Below are positions 51,981 to 64,000 of a DNA stretch of 64,000 bases, one piece after another (position 1 is the stretch's first letter; each line of letters starts with the position of its first letter). Origin of the DNA: Ptychomitrium polyphyllum (taxonomy: Eukaryota); the NCBI GenBank assembly GCA_973851085.1, contig OZ316775.1, positions 2,356,001 to 2,420,000 on the forward strand, given 5' to 3'. A model generated the notes under the pieces. It did no database searches. It worked only from the letters and a program-made list of their open reading frames with translations, and had not been told where the DNA came from. A program made the translations under genes and the position numbers.

Positions 51981-54900
51981 CGCTGAGGCCAGTGCCCCGG
52001 CATTCAATTCTCCTAGACCTCTCCGAACCTCAACCTACACCTCCTTACTCGCCCCTCTTACCACTGCAACATCCATCACCAGCTCCGCTGTCAATCCCAA
52101 CCCCGCCAAAAATCTTCACCCAAGATAAAAACGCAAAAAAACCGAAGACAAAAATTATACCCCTCCTCCGAATCTACTGATTTCAACCCCTGCTAACCCT
52201 TTCTAATCCCACACCCGCGCGGATCTACCACCACCACCACCATGATAAATCCCGACTGCTTTCAGCTTTCATGGTTATCCTCTTCCCCCCAACACACCCC
52301 TCCTAAGACAGAATTGAAAAGTAATAAAACTATTGAAACGTACCTAATGATCTCCCTCCCGATCCACGACCACCCTAGCCTCCTCCTTCACCCGCACCGC
52401 CGATCATCCTCATCGCTTGGCACAACCATCACAACCCCGCCCTCCTCCCTTCTCACCCCCATGGGTGGGATGTCACTACCAAACGAACTGAAACCCCGAA
52501 GATTCGACCATGGGATGACTACCCTCTCTGCCCCACCCGACTAGAGAAAAGCAAGGAGAAAACTAGCAGTTCTGGAGCGCTACCCTAGCATGAGATGCAA
52601 ACTAGAGAGGACATGTCTGTAGTCTGTAGGGGGGAGATGCGCAGAGATCCGGGGGTGGTGGAGAAAAGCAGAAAGGCCTGGCGTTCCTTGCGCACAGACT
52701 AAGTTAGTGTAAGTGGAGCCTGGTCTTGGTTGGGGAGTTGCGAGCGAAGCGGGCGCACTTCGACTAAGCTTAGAGGCTTCGCTGGTGGTCGGATCTAGTC
52801 ACACAGTCCCACTGCACTCCCCAGCTTGCGTTTCCACCCAGTGCAGTCCCCCGCCAACTCCATTATTCGCCTCGACGCCTCGCCGAGGCTCCCAAATCAT
52901 TCATTCAAACAAACAACGCCACCCGCATACAACTCTCGCCTCTGCCTGCGGCCCAAGGCCGGAGTCTCGGGACCTCGAGGTGGGGGGGCAGGTGTTCCTG
53001 GCTGCTTTTCGTTCTTTTGGCGCCCGGGCAGCGCCTTGAAAAAAGTAAAAGGCGTGGCTGTGTGATAAATATACCCGCCCGTGTGTTGGGGCGAACGAAC
53101 GATCGTCCTGGTGTTGGTGGATTGCAGCGAGTGAGTTGAGTGGAGTTTGAGTGAAGTTTGAGTGAGGTTTGGGTGGGGAGCAGAGAGAGACGCTCTACTG
53201 TGCGCAGCGGGGCGGAGGGGTGATTATTCTTATTATTGCTTGCTGCTAGTCGTACTGTGCTACCAGGCCCCTCTCTGTCCCTGCGTCCCTTTCCATCCCA
53301 TTATGATTCCGCTCCCGGCCTTTGCTTTCTCAAAGTCGCCATCCCACCTCTCTCATTCATTTTTTTCATATTTTCATATTTTTTTTCTATTTGTTTTTTT
53401 TCTTTTTTCTTTTTTCTTTTTTGCCCTTTCTGCAATTCGGGTGGAGTATACTACTGGTGGGGTGGGGTGGGGTGGAGTGGGTCAAGCCTAGGTCCTCACT
53501 GAAATTTTTTAAACTAGAATAATACCCTTAGTGTTTCTTATTTCGCTTCTAAGAATGGGAAGTAGCCATTTATGTTCTAAAAGGTCAAGAAGTGGTATGT
53601 TTTGACAACTTTTTACTATTTATTTCAAGAGGGCTACAAAATTAGCAAGGTGTTTCTTAGAGAATGTAGATAATTGAGTTGGTAATCTAGTGGTGTTTGT
53701 TTTATTGCTATTTTTTTTTAAAGGAAGAAGGATCTTCAAAATGAATGTCATTTGATACATTTAGAAACCTTAGAGAATGTTATTTCCTAATCTACATTTA
53801 TGAAAAGTAAAAAGAAATAAGAAAATTAAAGTAAATCAAAGTTTAGTATTTTTTTCTAAGAATGTTGCTTTAGGTATTCATTTAGACATTTTATGTTGTT
53901 TGCGCAATCCATTTTTTGCAACCAAAAAGAATAAAATCATTAAACATTCAAAAAATGATAATAATTTATTTTAGAACAAATATGGGTCAAGGTATAGAAA
54001 TAATACTATCTTGTATAAAAAATCTAACTAAAATTTCATGAGCATGTAGAATTCTTAACCTACTTGGTATTATTTGGATGAAAATCCATCGTAGTTAGAG
54101 AATAAAAATTATTAACAAAAGCAATATTCTTGTATATAAAATCTAAAATCCTATGTTTTAAATATTTGTACAAATTCTTGCTTCTTTTTTCTTATGGTAT
54201 TTATTAGAATTTAAAAGTTGGTATAAGCTATGATATTCATTTAGCTAATAAGCTATTGGCAACATGTGTATTATTAAATCAAAGTGTAAATTGTAGCATT
54301 GTAAAGAATCCATAGATGTATTCTAATTAGTATTGACTTCATATTAGTGTAGGTAGTTATTATTAATTAGCAATTGTCTAGCAACTAGATATAATATAAC
54401 ACATGACAATTCTACTCCAAGAGTCAAATTAACTAACTTAGATATAAAAGAGTTGAATTGATTCAATTTTAATTTTTCAAAATTTTGAAGAGAAGCCTAA
54501 AAGCTTCTTTATTGTTCATTTAATTTATTAAACTTTATTAAGGATGACCATGAAATATGCCTAAGGTTAAGCTATGCATTGTAACATGTGATGTATGTGT
54601 GGATGTGCCTGAGTGTTTAATAATTACTTTGAATTAAATTGTAGCCATGACACCATATGTTGAAGCACATTTTTAATTATTCAATTGCCATCCAACATTT
54701 TTCATTAACAACAATCCTTTTTCAGTTTCATATGTTTCTTGTTACTAAAATACAAAGATTTATCTTAAAACTCAACCATCTCAATATAATCAACTATAAC
54801 ATCCAACAGTAGAGGACTTCAAATTATTTCTTCAAATATTTTTAGTTTATACATTTTGTACATAGTTTCTTTTTAAAAACTACTGTTTTGTATAATTATT

Positions 54901-57272
54901 AATGTGTTTTTTAATTGATATTAGATAGATTTAAAAAACCTTGATAATACCACACTAAAAGACCTAGATGTCATGTAATTGAGAGTGTGAAATCTGTCTA
55001 GTTGACACTATACAATATTTAGAAAGCATCTAATGTATACAGCATATACAATATACATTAAACAAAACAACAGTTGGTACCTTTTAGGTGCTCATGTAGA
55101 AGGTTGAGCTTATGAAGTGCAAAACAAAGTTAATCAAGGTTAGTGGGGCCATTGTCAAGCAATTAGCACATGACTTTGAAGATCTTTAACTCGAGAAATC
55201 CTGCAGATGATGCACTGATCTTGTTGGAAAAACAGCATCAAAACATCATCATGCACCTGGTTGGTAGTTGACATAAAGATTGAGGGCACAACACTCACTT
55301 ACTTGGTCTACAACGTAAGCACGTACCACTAACAATGTGCTTACACAGAGGCTGTCAAAATAAAGTTTTAAAACAAGGCAGAAATCCTTTTACCTAGTAG
55401 GCTCTTGCCCATTCACCTCCCACAAAAGGGTGTAGCAGAAGGTATGGAAGTTCAATGGGCTGAGCTCCTACATATGGTAAAGTGAGTCCAAGCGAATGGA
55501 TAACAACTTAAAACTTTCAGAATAGGCACCAATCTTGTTCAATGTGCCCACCAGATCAAGTGCTCAGGCTCAGGAATATAACCTTAACACCCTTTTTGCT
55601 TGGCTGCAGATATGATCTAAATACCTATGTCTAATGATGGTTAAGCAGGCTTTTGCTAGAATCAATAATGAAATGACCAAAATGAGGTTTGGCGCATGAA
55701 TCATACTTCAATTTTTCCAAAGTCTATTTTTTCAATTCAAAGGTAATAGCACTGTTGAAGAAATTGGTTTTTTGTTTGTTTTTTAAGATTGAAGCAAGAA
55801 TCTATTGTTTATTATTATTTTTTTGAAAAAAATTATGATTTAAGAAATGCAAGGAAACTCAATCCAAGTTCTACCTAAGAGCAATAAGATTCGTGGTGTG
55901 AAGTAGAGAAAGTTTCTACTTGGCAAGATGCAAATTTGTTGCATAAAACACACTATTTCTATACCAAATTATGTCAAAAATAAAATTAAAATGCTTGTCA
56001 AAAAAGTTGAATTCTATTTGAGAGTCGAACCAACATTTCAAATATACAATAGAGATTTAGCAAAATGAAACATTATATTTGAATTGCATAGATTTTATTT
56101 AATATATATGAAACTTCCAAATCTTTTAAACAAAATGTAGTTAGAATATTTTGATAAGATTATTGAATCAATCTTAATAAAAATTTTGTGCATGATACTT
56201 TAAAATTGTAACGTCATATATTGTTGTTTAAAACTAAGAATATTAAAATAAATAAATCTTCAATACTTTTGACAAAAATAACTCAAAAAAATTATCTACC
56301 AATGCTTCATCTTATCTTGCATTATTGTAATTTGTGACATAGTGATTTAGATCAAAATGCATTTCTTAGTGAAATTCAAATTATATTTAAATTATTTTGT
56401 ACTGTGAGGTTTTTTTTGTTTTCTTTTTAATAGTGTGATTTATTTGTATGTTGAGGCAAATGAAAGGAGCTTCAGTGTAAAAGAATTAGAATAAAACCTC
56501 TTCTTACATGAGAAAGGATAATCAATTCCGAAAAAGGGGAAAAAATGATCACACATGGCCAACTAAAAAGCTATAGCAAGTTGATAAGAACATCACAAGG
56601 TGAAATGAATTTCAAATAGACTTGCATCCCCTATATCAAAGCTGGTGGCTTCAATATGGACTTCATGAGCTTTTGTCCATTTCAAACTAGTGCAATCAAG
56701 TTGGTGATCCTACACTAATTATTCAAATTGAAATTCATGCCACCCATTTTAGTAGAAAGCTATTGCATTTGTAGCAAGTCACATAATCAAAATTGTTATA
56801 CCTCTTAGCAACATCTATATTTTTTACATGTTATTAAAAGAGTAATTTTAAAAAAATCCTTCAAAAATTATCTACACTTCTTTCCTTATGCATTTGGTTG
56901 CTCCAAAGAAGAATAAGCAACCTTTTGTAATAAAAGGAATCCAAAGTCTTATTTTCTACATACTACAACTAAGTAAGACTGTCATCAAATCCATTTGTAT
57001 CCCACATATTTTTGAAATTTTGTTAAATTAAATAGTTTGATTAAAACCTTAATTTCAATGAAAGAGATTCAACAAGGTTAAGATTTATTTTAAGATGTCA
57101 AAATAGTTTGAATAGAACCTTCATTTCTTTTTAATAATAAACATCAAACTTGGTCAAGTTCAGTCCAGTTCCTGCAAGCTGGAGTGCTTGATGCCGCTTT
57201 CCTTTTAATTTGGATACCACGTATGGCTGCAACACACATTTAGTAAAAAGCACGGAATTCACTTTTAGAAGC

Positions 57273-57454
57273 ACTGCCCGGGCTTCCTCTTCAATCCACT
57301 CTTGCTACAAATGGACTGCCCGGGCTTCCTCTTCAATCCACTCTTGCTACAAATGGACTGCCCGGGCTTCCTCTTCAATCCACTCTTGCTACAAATGGAC
57401 TGCCCGGGCTTCCTCTTCATTTTACTCCTCCTACAAATGGATTGCCCGGGCTTC
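57273..57454. repeat. 42-bp minisatellite, four full units plus a partial unit
   Basis: actgcccgggcttcctcttcaatccactcttgctacaaatgg units start at 57273, 57315, 57357, 57399 (diverged) and 57441 (partial). Confidence 0.95.
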
Positions 57455-60400
57455 TTTATCATGGGTATGCCACCTCAATACCTTGATATCTATAATATCG
57501 TATTTGGGCGCTGCATTTTGTGGACATTTGCTTTCCACCCCTGAGTTATTTGTCAATGGCTTCATAATGACATGACTAAGTAAGACTTGATGCCAGATGA
57601 TTTGGCAGCTAATTAGGTGGGTCCAGCACATACATTCGCAGTATAGCTAATCTTGGGGACGGCAGAATAAGTCCAGAATAATATATCATCTGCCTTTACA
57701 CATGTGGCGTTACCCTTTCCACCCTACCTATCTGACACTACAACATATTTTACTTTATTTCCATTCTAATATACAGTAACTTATTTACAGTCCAAGGGAA
57801 CTTTTGATCAGTTTCAAGAATACACATACAGTTGCACACGACACTGTTCATTGTGTAGAGGGTAAAGTGCATGTACTTGAGGTGAAATCATGACCTTCTG
57901 CGAAACGTGCTCAAATTTTATCTCTGATATAAGCTTACTTAAAGAGGGATGCATTGTTTTCCATAGCCACCACATAACATGATTAAACCTATGACATATA
58001 TTTTGTACCTTTACCATAGGTTCCCTGGATATTTTCCCATGTTGTCCTCTTTGAACAAATGCAATATCATGAAGCATGACATGGCAAAACACAAATGAAA
58101 CTCAATTTTGAAAGTTGATAATCTTATTTAAACTTTAAAATCATACTACAAGTAAACATACAAGTGTATGGAATCCTTATATATTTTTTAGTCCAAAGTG
58201 CCTATCTTCTCATATGTATGCTAGAATTGGTGTTCTTTTGTGTATTTTATTTTGTAAATAAGAAAATCCTAAAAAAAAAGACAATGACACAAACTTTGTT
58301 TCACTCCATTCCAACCTACAATTTAAAAGCTATTACATTTCAAAAAATCAATATTCCAAGAAATCAACTTTAAAATCGATATAACATTTCACTTCTGAAA
58401 TAATCTTAATCCACAGAAATTCAAATTAGTTAACTAAAAAACTATATATACTACAATTAATTTATAAAATTTTGATCTATAATGTTCATATTAAGACAGT
58501 TAGCAAATTTTTAGAATTCTTAATTTTTTTTAAATAGGACTATAAATTGTTGTAATGAAGTCAAATATCTTTATATTCATCTCAATAATAAAATTTATAT
58601 AACATATTTGAATGTTTGGTTTTTTCATTCAAAGCTTTCTTTAATTCATCCTATTTAATTTTTCAAGATCCAAGGGACTTAAAAGTATCCTTTCAAAAGC
58701 TTTAAAATTATTCAACTGATTGTTGTAACGCTTACATTGCTAGGATGAGAATAAATACAAAAATTTCTTATAATTATCACATTCAAATGAAAAAATATGT
58801 TTAAGAATAAAAGCTTTATATTAAGTGTATCAATGATTATAAGTTTCAAATGACCATAATTTCTTTTAAAGAAGTTAAATGGTCCAAAAAAATTAATGTT
58901 ATGTTAAAAGGTTAAATAAGTTTTAAATGTAATATAGGTGAAGTTTCATATTTTTATTTTATTACATGTATTTGATATTACATAGAATATGCCTTCCAAA
59001 AAAATTTATAAGTGACATGGAATCTCTTTATTATACGCTTTAATATATACATTTTTATTTAAGTGGGTATTATGGATAGGCTATAACATAATATGAAAAT
59101 TATATAATTAAAACAAGTGAAGCGGCCGTCACATCTTTGTTTCAAGAACAAAATCTTAAGTGAAGTCCTAAGGAAAGTCTCAACTAATATGTGCAGAATA
59201 AGGAGACAAAGATGACATGATTATAAGGCTTTATTTACAAAAATCTAAGAGAAATTCATAACATATTTTATAAATATCATTGAATTTTTTTTAAATGGAC
59301 TTAAAGCACTTTGTATTATATATAAATGTGTTTTAAAATTTCATCAAAGGTCATGGAAAAACTAAGATTGCTATCATCTAAAAACATTTATCACAAATGA
59401 AATAACTTTATTGAAATAAAATTAAAAATAGGTGTAGTTTGTAGATCTTTTAATGAAAACAATATTACATTCTAATTCATCCATGTTATTCTATTAATAG
59501 GTGCATTAATTTTTCTTGATGGCTATATTTAAAACCTTAATGTTATACAAATAAATGGAGAAAATAGCATTCTTGAACATCTATCTAGACTAAATTTTTT
59601 GTCAAATGATTGCAAATGATAATTAAAGAGAATTGACAATGGCAAGGAGCTCTAAAAATTTGTGCATTCAATATTGCATTTATTTATGGATTAAAAATGA
59701 AGACTGTATTAAAATCTTTAATGTGGCTTCTTTTTTATAGGATATTCCTTCTATTGTTTTTAAATGATTTGAATGAGGTGGAATTATGGATGTGTCTCTC
59801 GATACAGAAGGATCAAATCAACAAAAATAATTATAGAGTAGAAAAAAGATACAACCAAAACGAGTTCCAAATATTTGTAGTACCATCCCATTATGGATTT
59901 CAAGACTCAAATTCCAAACATGGATGCTTTCGATGTTGGATGCCACTAACGGTGAATGTATATCCTTGTTTCTTAAAAGCTGGAAGACCACCACTTGATG
60001 CATCCAATGTTGGCTTTCCAACACTGACTGAGGAAGTCTAAAATCCATTAATACATGATGCAATCAATTAAGTTTTGAGAAAAGGGTAGAAAGTTGAATA
60101 CTCCCATTCTAATTTACCACCGTCGTTCATCCTTTTAGAGATGCCCAAGTGTATGATATTTCGGTTGCGAGGATGAAACTTGTTGCTAAAGAAACTTGCT
60201 TTTCAGGGCCTGGTGCAGTACCAGCTAAATCATAGGCATGCAAGGGAGGTCCGGATATAGAAAGTTAAAAGGGGGGCCCAGCGGGGCTGATCCATCAAGT
60301 GGGGCCGGGCACTTCGGAGTGCAGGGCTGTAGAACAGTTGACTCATTCTCCAGACCCAACAATCCAGGCTGGTTGCACTCTGTTTTACCCTTCAAATCTA

Positions 60401-63400
60401 CTTCTCACTTAATGAATTCATCTACAGTGTCAGGTACTTTTTCCACTGCACATGGATAAATCCCCTCATCCTCTGACACCGCTTCCCAGGCGCACTGCAC
60501 TTTGCTTCACTCCACTACCTTCCTTCATACAGATTTCCTTCAATGTAAAACTCGCTGCTTTGCTGTTGGCCCTCTTCGGTGATTGCTGAAAGTGGTGGGT
60601 GTGGACATGTGGACCCTATTTTTGCTTTGCTATCAGCTCCGGTGTGAAAATCATAACATTGTTTAGCAACTCCTTGAGAACACTCCCAGAGATAAATCCA
60701 TCACTTCAAAAGTTAGGATTCCATTGTCAAAACCTAGATCTATTAAAGTCTAAGCAGGCCACAAAACTAGTTTAGTGTTTTTATGAGTCATTTCTTACAT
60801 GTTTTTAATGTCGTTAATTATTAAATCACTTTCCAAGGTGAAGGTTGACTGCTTCAACTACTAAAGGATGTGATAGCAAGGCAGCATCACTTTGAACTAT
60901 CGATTTGACAAATATTTCATGTGAAGACTTACTTAAGAACAACAAAATTTGGAGAAAAGATCCCAATTTAGGAGAGAAGATGGAACAACATTAAAATTTC
61001 AATATTTGATACATGATGAATTTGCAAAAATATTTAGAAGTTATAAAGCTAGAATAACTCATGAGCAATAGCGAGGCATTTTAAAACTATGAGAAGTGCA
61101 GGCAAAACCATAATTTAATAAACTTGATTCTACTTTTAAAGTAATTAATGAAAGGATTGCATGTCAACACACCAGGGACAGATTTGTAACTACATTGCAA
61201 TGCGATTGGGTGAGTTTATATTTCTTGGTATTAGATACCTGTTGCTATTGGCTGCTGGTACGGAATTGGGTGTGTGTGTAAGCTGGTTTAACTTCTTTCG
61301 TGCAATGGATGTTGGAATGTTGTGCACAGGCTTGTCTCCTGGACTCCCTTCGGTATCTGATTACTGATTTTTTAAATAATTTCTCTCATGATTGATTTAT
61401 TTTAGTTCTTTAGGGGGGGGGTTACTTTGTGGGAGTATTTATTTTCTCCTCATCACTCTGTGCCACTGGCCTCGTGTATGATTACCTCCCTTTCTTAACA
61501 AATTTTACCACCCCTCTCTAGAGATTATCATCATCACTTAGCGCAATATTTGTGGAAGTCTATTTGAATTTTCATTGTTGAAAGTTGTATTTGAAATCCT
61601 ATATGAATAATGTAGACAATGTTTGCTTAAAGACCATGACCTTTAGTGATTTATTTTAGAAAGCAAATAAAACAATATGGTTTGAAAATATTAGAAATCA
61701 AATACGTTTTTTCTTTAAAAGATAAAGTTTTAAGAGAAAAAGATGATTAAATTGATTTATTGGATTTTGATTTTCTTTATTATTATCATTATCTTAGTCA
61801 TATTTTCTATGCTATGGATTTTTTATCCTTGTTTTTGAGTTTACACCAAAATCATGAGTCATCATTTTTAAATTTAGGAAAAAACACCTAGCTTGCAGTT
61901 GTATTGTCTTCCAGACAAGGCCTATTTGTATTGTTGATATATAGTATGAAGTATATTAATCATGTTAAAATACTAGTAGTTTATAAAGGTTATCTATTGA
62001 AGGTCATATATATAATTTCTTCACTAATTATTTAAGATAAATTATGCATTTGAGTCTACATATATGTCATTGATGAAATTATAAAGACAAAGATATTATC
62101 TACATCATTTCAAATATTATTTTGAGCTTGTTTGAATTTCCATTAAACCTTGTCCTTTGCCTCAAACTTTGAATTTTTTTTATTTGCCCCTTATAGGTTT
62201 TATTTATAGTATATATTTTCTATGCATTTTTATTTCTTAATTTTTACCTCCTTGTGCATTCTTATTGGATGTTAGATTGGTAAAGGAACTTCTATTACTC
62301 CTCTTCTTATTGCTTCTATTTTTTTTCCATCTTCTTCATCATTCAATATAATATTTAATATAAGTAGTTATTTTCTTAGAATAAAGTGTTAAAATAGTTA
62401 ACAAGTGGTCGTTTGCCCTTATTTGCTTATTATTTTAGTTGTTCTAATTGTTGGCTACAAAATAAAATACAATACATTCAAAAGATGTTGTAATATAGTA
62501 CTAATACGTCATAATCTATGTAGATGTATTTCAAAGAAATTACAGAGTTTAGAGGTGCAAGCACAAGACATTTCCATATTAAGAATGGAAGACATTTTAG
62601 CCCTTGACGACCTTTCAATGGACAAGAAAGAGCATGCTCATTTTCCATACATCCTTAGCACCATAAAATGGCATTTATATTCATCAATTCAAAATAATAA
62701 CAATTCTATTTTGAGGCTTGTAATTCAAACTATTTTTTTTATATAATATAAACTAATGCATAAAATTAAATTCAATAAATTATTTCCTTTGTTTATTTAA
62801 TAATCTCAAAAAATAAAGAATAATAAGCATTTTTTTCTTTTGAAAGTCATTATATAATGTATATAATATTTTAAAATGTTATATAAAATCTAAAATTTTC
62901 CATGGCCTATAATATTAGTAAATATTTGAAAAATAAAATATTACATTATATTATATCTTTTTTGTTGATTTGGATTTTTTTAAATGATGTGGTTATAGAA
63001 ATAATTATCATTGCAATGTTGGAGTGAAATAACCTTCAAATAGATGGTAATTATTAGAAACCATTTTATCTTGAAAAGGTTATTAAATTAAAAACTTATG
63101 GATGTTTAAATTTGGAAGAATTATACATGCAATAGTCTTGAAGTTATAAGTTGATTCAAGTGTAAATTAGACAAACCCAAAATATGAACCTATATATAAA
63201 TGTATAAGTATAAATATGCAATTAAATTTATAATGTAAAAATGTTCAAATGTAAAGTATATATATTATGAAAAAAAACTGTATGCAAAAAACACATTGTA
63301 TGGACAATTGACTAATTCTTAGAAAATTACATAAGCAACCTTTATAATGACTTGAAAGTTCATAATTTGAAAAAATTAATATTTATTAGAATATTATTAT

Positions 63401-64000
63401 GTTGGTCTTCAAAGGTTTTGTATTCTATGTTATAAATTTGATTTTATGCAAATTACTTAAGAAAAAATAAGATAATATACAATAGATACCTCAATTCTGA
63501 CATGTAATTTTTAGATTGATAATATTAATATTGGCAATTGAATTTGTGATAAATATTAAATCTTATTGTTTTGTGCACCAATATAGAATACTTATTTTCT
63601 ATAAATTATCTTCTAATTTAATGTATTTTTATTTTTTACAGAAGATAATAATCATAACATAATATTAAACAATATTCTATACAAATTTAGAGAGTTGAAA
63701 ATAACTTGTACTTTTTAACAATAAAAAGATAAATGTCATATTGTATTTAATAAAATTCTCAACTTTTACAAAACTTATAATATAAGAATATTTGAATATA
63801 CAAATCATATATTGGTTTATGTTGCTTGAATACTTTAGTTTTGACTTTGCTATAAATTTTTAAGAAAAAATGATGTTGATGATTTTTTTAATTGATTTTT
63901 TATCACTCATGATTACATAAGTCTATCTACAATGCAGATTTTCCTTTTTAATAAAAACATTCATTTTTTGAGGAAAATAATTAACTTGATTATATAATTA

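Noticed and set aside
50800..52180. Multiple ORFs overlapping TCP
   Set aside because: Shadow ORFs of a GC-rich CDS
57273..57454. CRISPR-like array
   Set aside because: Units are contiguous with no unique spacers, there are no cas genes, and the context is eukaryotic
58100..64000. Decayed transposon (for example Helitron-like) in the AT-rich tail, and similarly at about 38.8-44 kb
   Set aside because: Composition suggests eroded TE sequence, but I could not read a diagnostic motif or termini; needs a repeat-library search

Overview
Eukaryotic, intron-rich land-plant genomic DNA. Gene style and decayed AT-rich chromovirus-type LTR elements suggest a moss such as Physcomitrium (inference, not checked). 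I assembled six protein-coding genes by hand from GT-AG junctions. (1) A 5'-incomplete + strand gene with 21-aa TPFFAD tandem repeats and a C-terminal CURT1/CAAD-like membrane hairpin. (2) An intronless UBL / ubiquitin-like(RGG) / Cys-rich / RING-H2 gene. (3) A WCRKC-type thioredoxin. (4) A 22-exon minus-strand gene that fuses a START-like PITP lipid-transfer domain, an acidic FFAT-like linker, a B-box zinc finger and DUF547. (5) A PPR-SMR gene. (6) A class I TCP transcription factor. Between genes 4 and 5 lies a degenerate Ty3/gypsy chromovirus. Its RNase H is interrupted by a second, gag-only LTR element with a Tf1-like self-priming signature. The remainder (about 38-48 kb and 53.5-64 kb) is mostly AT-rich non-coding or decayed sequence with a few satellites. 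The most notable candidates are the PITP-FFAT-B-box-DUF547 fusion, the ubiquitin/Cys-rich/RING protein, the repeat-extended CURT1-like protein and the self-priming nested retroelement. All domain calls come from motif recognition; no searches were run.
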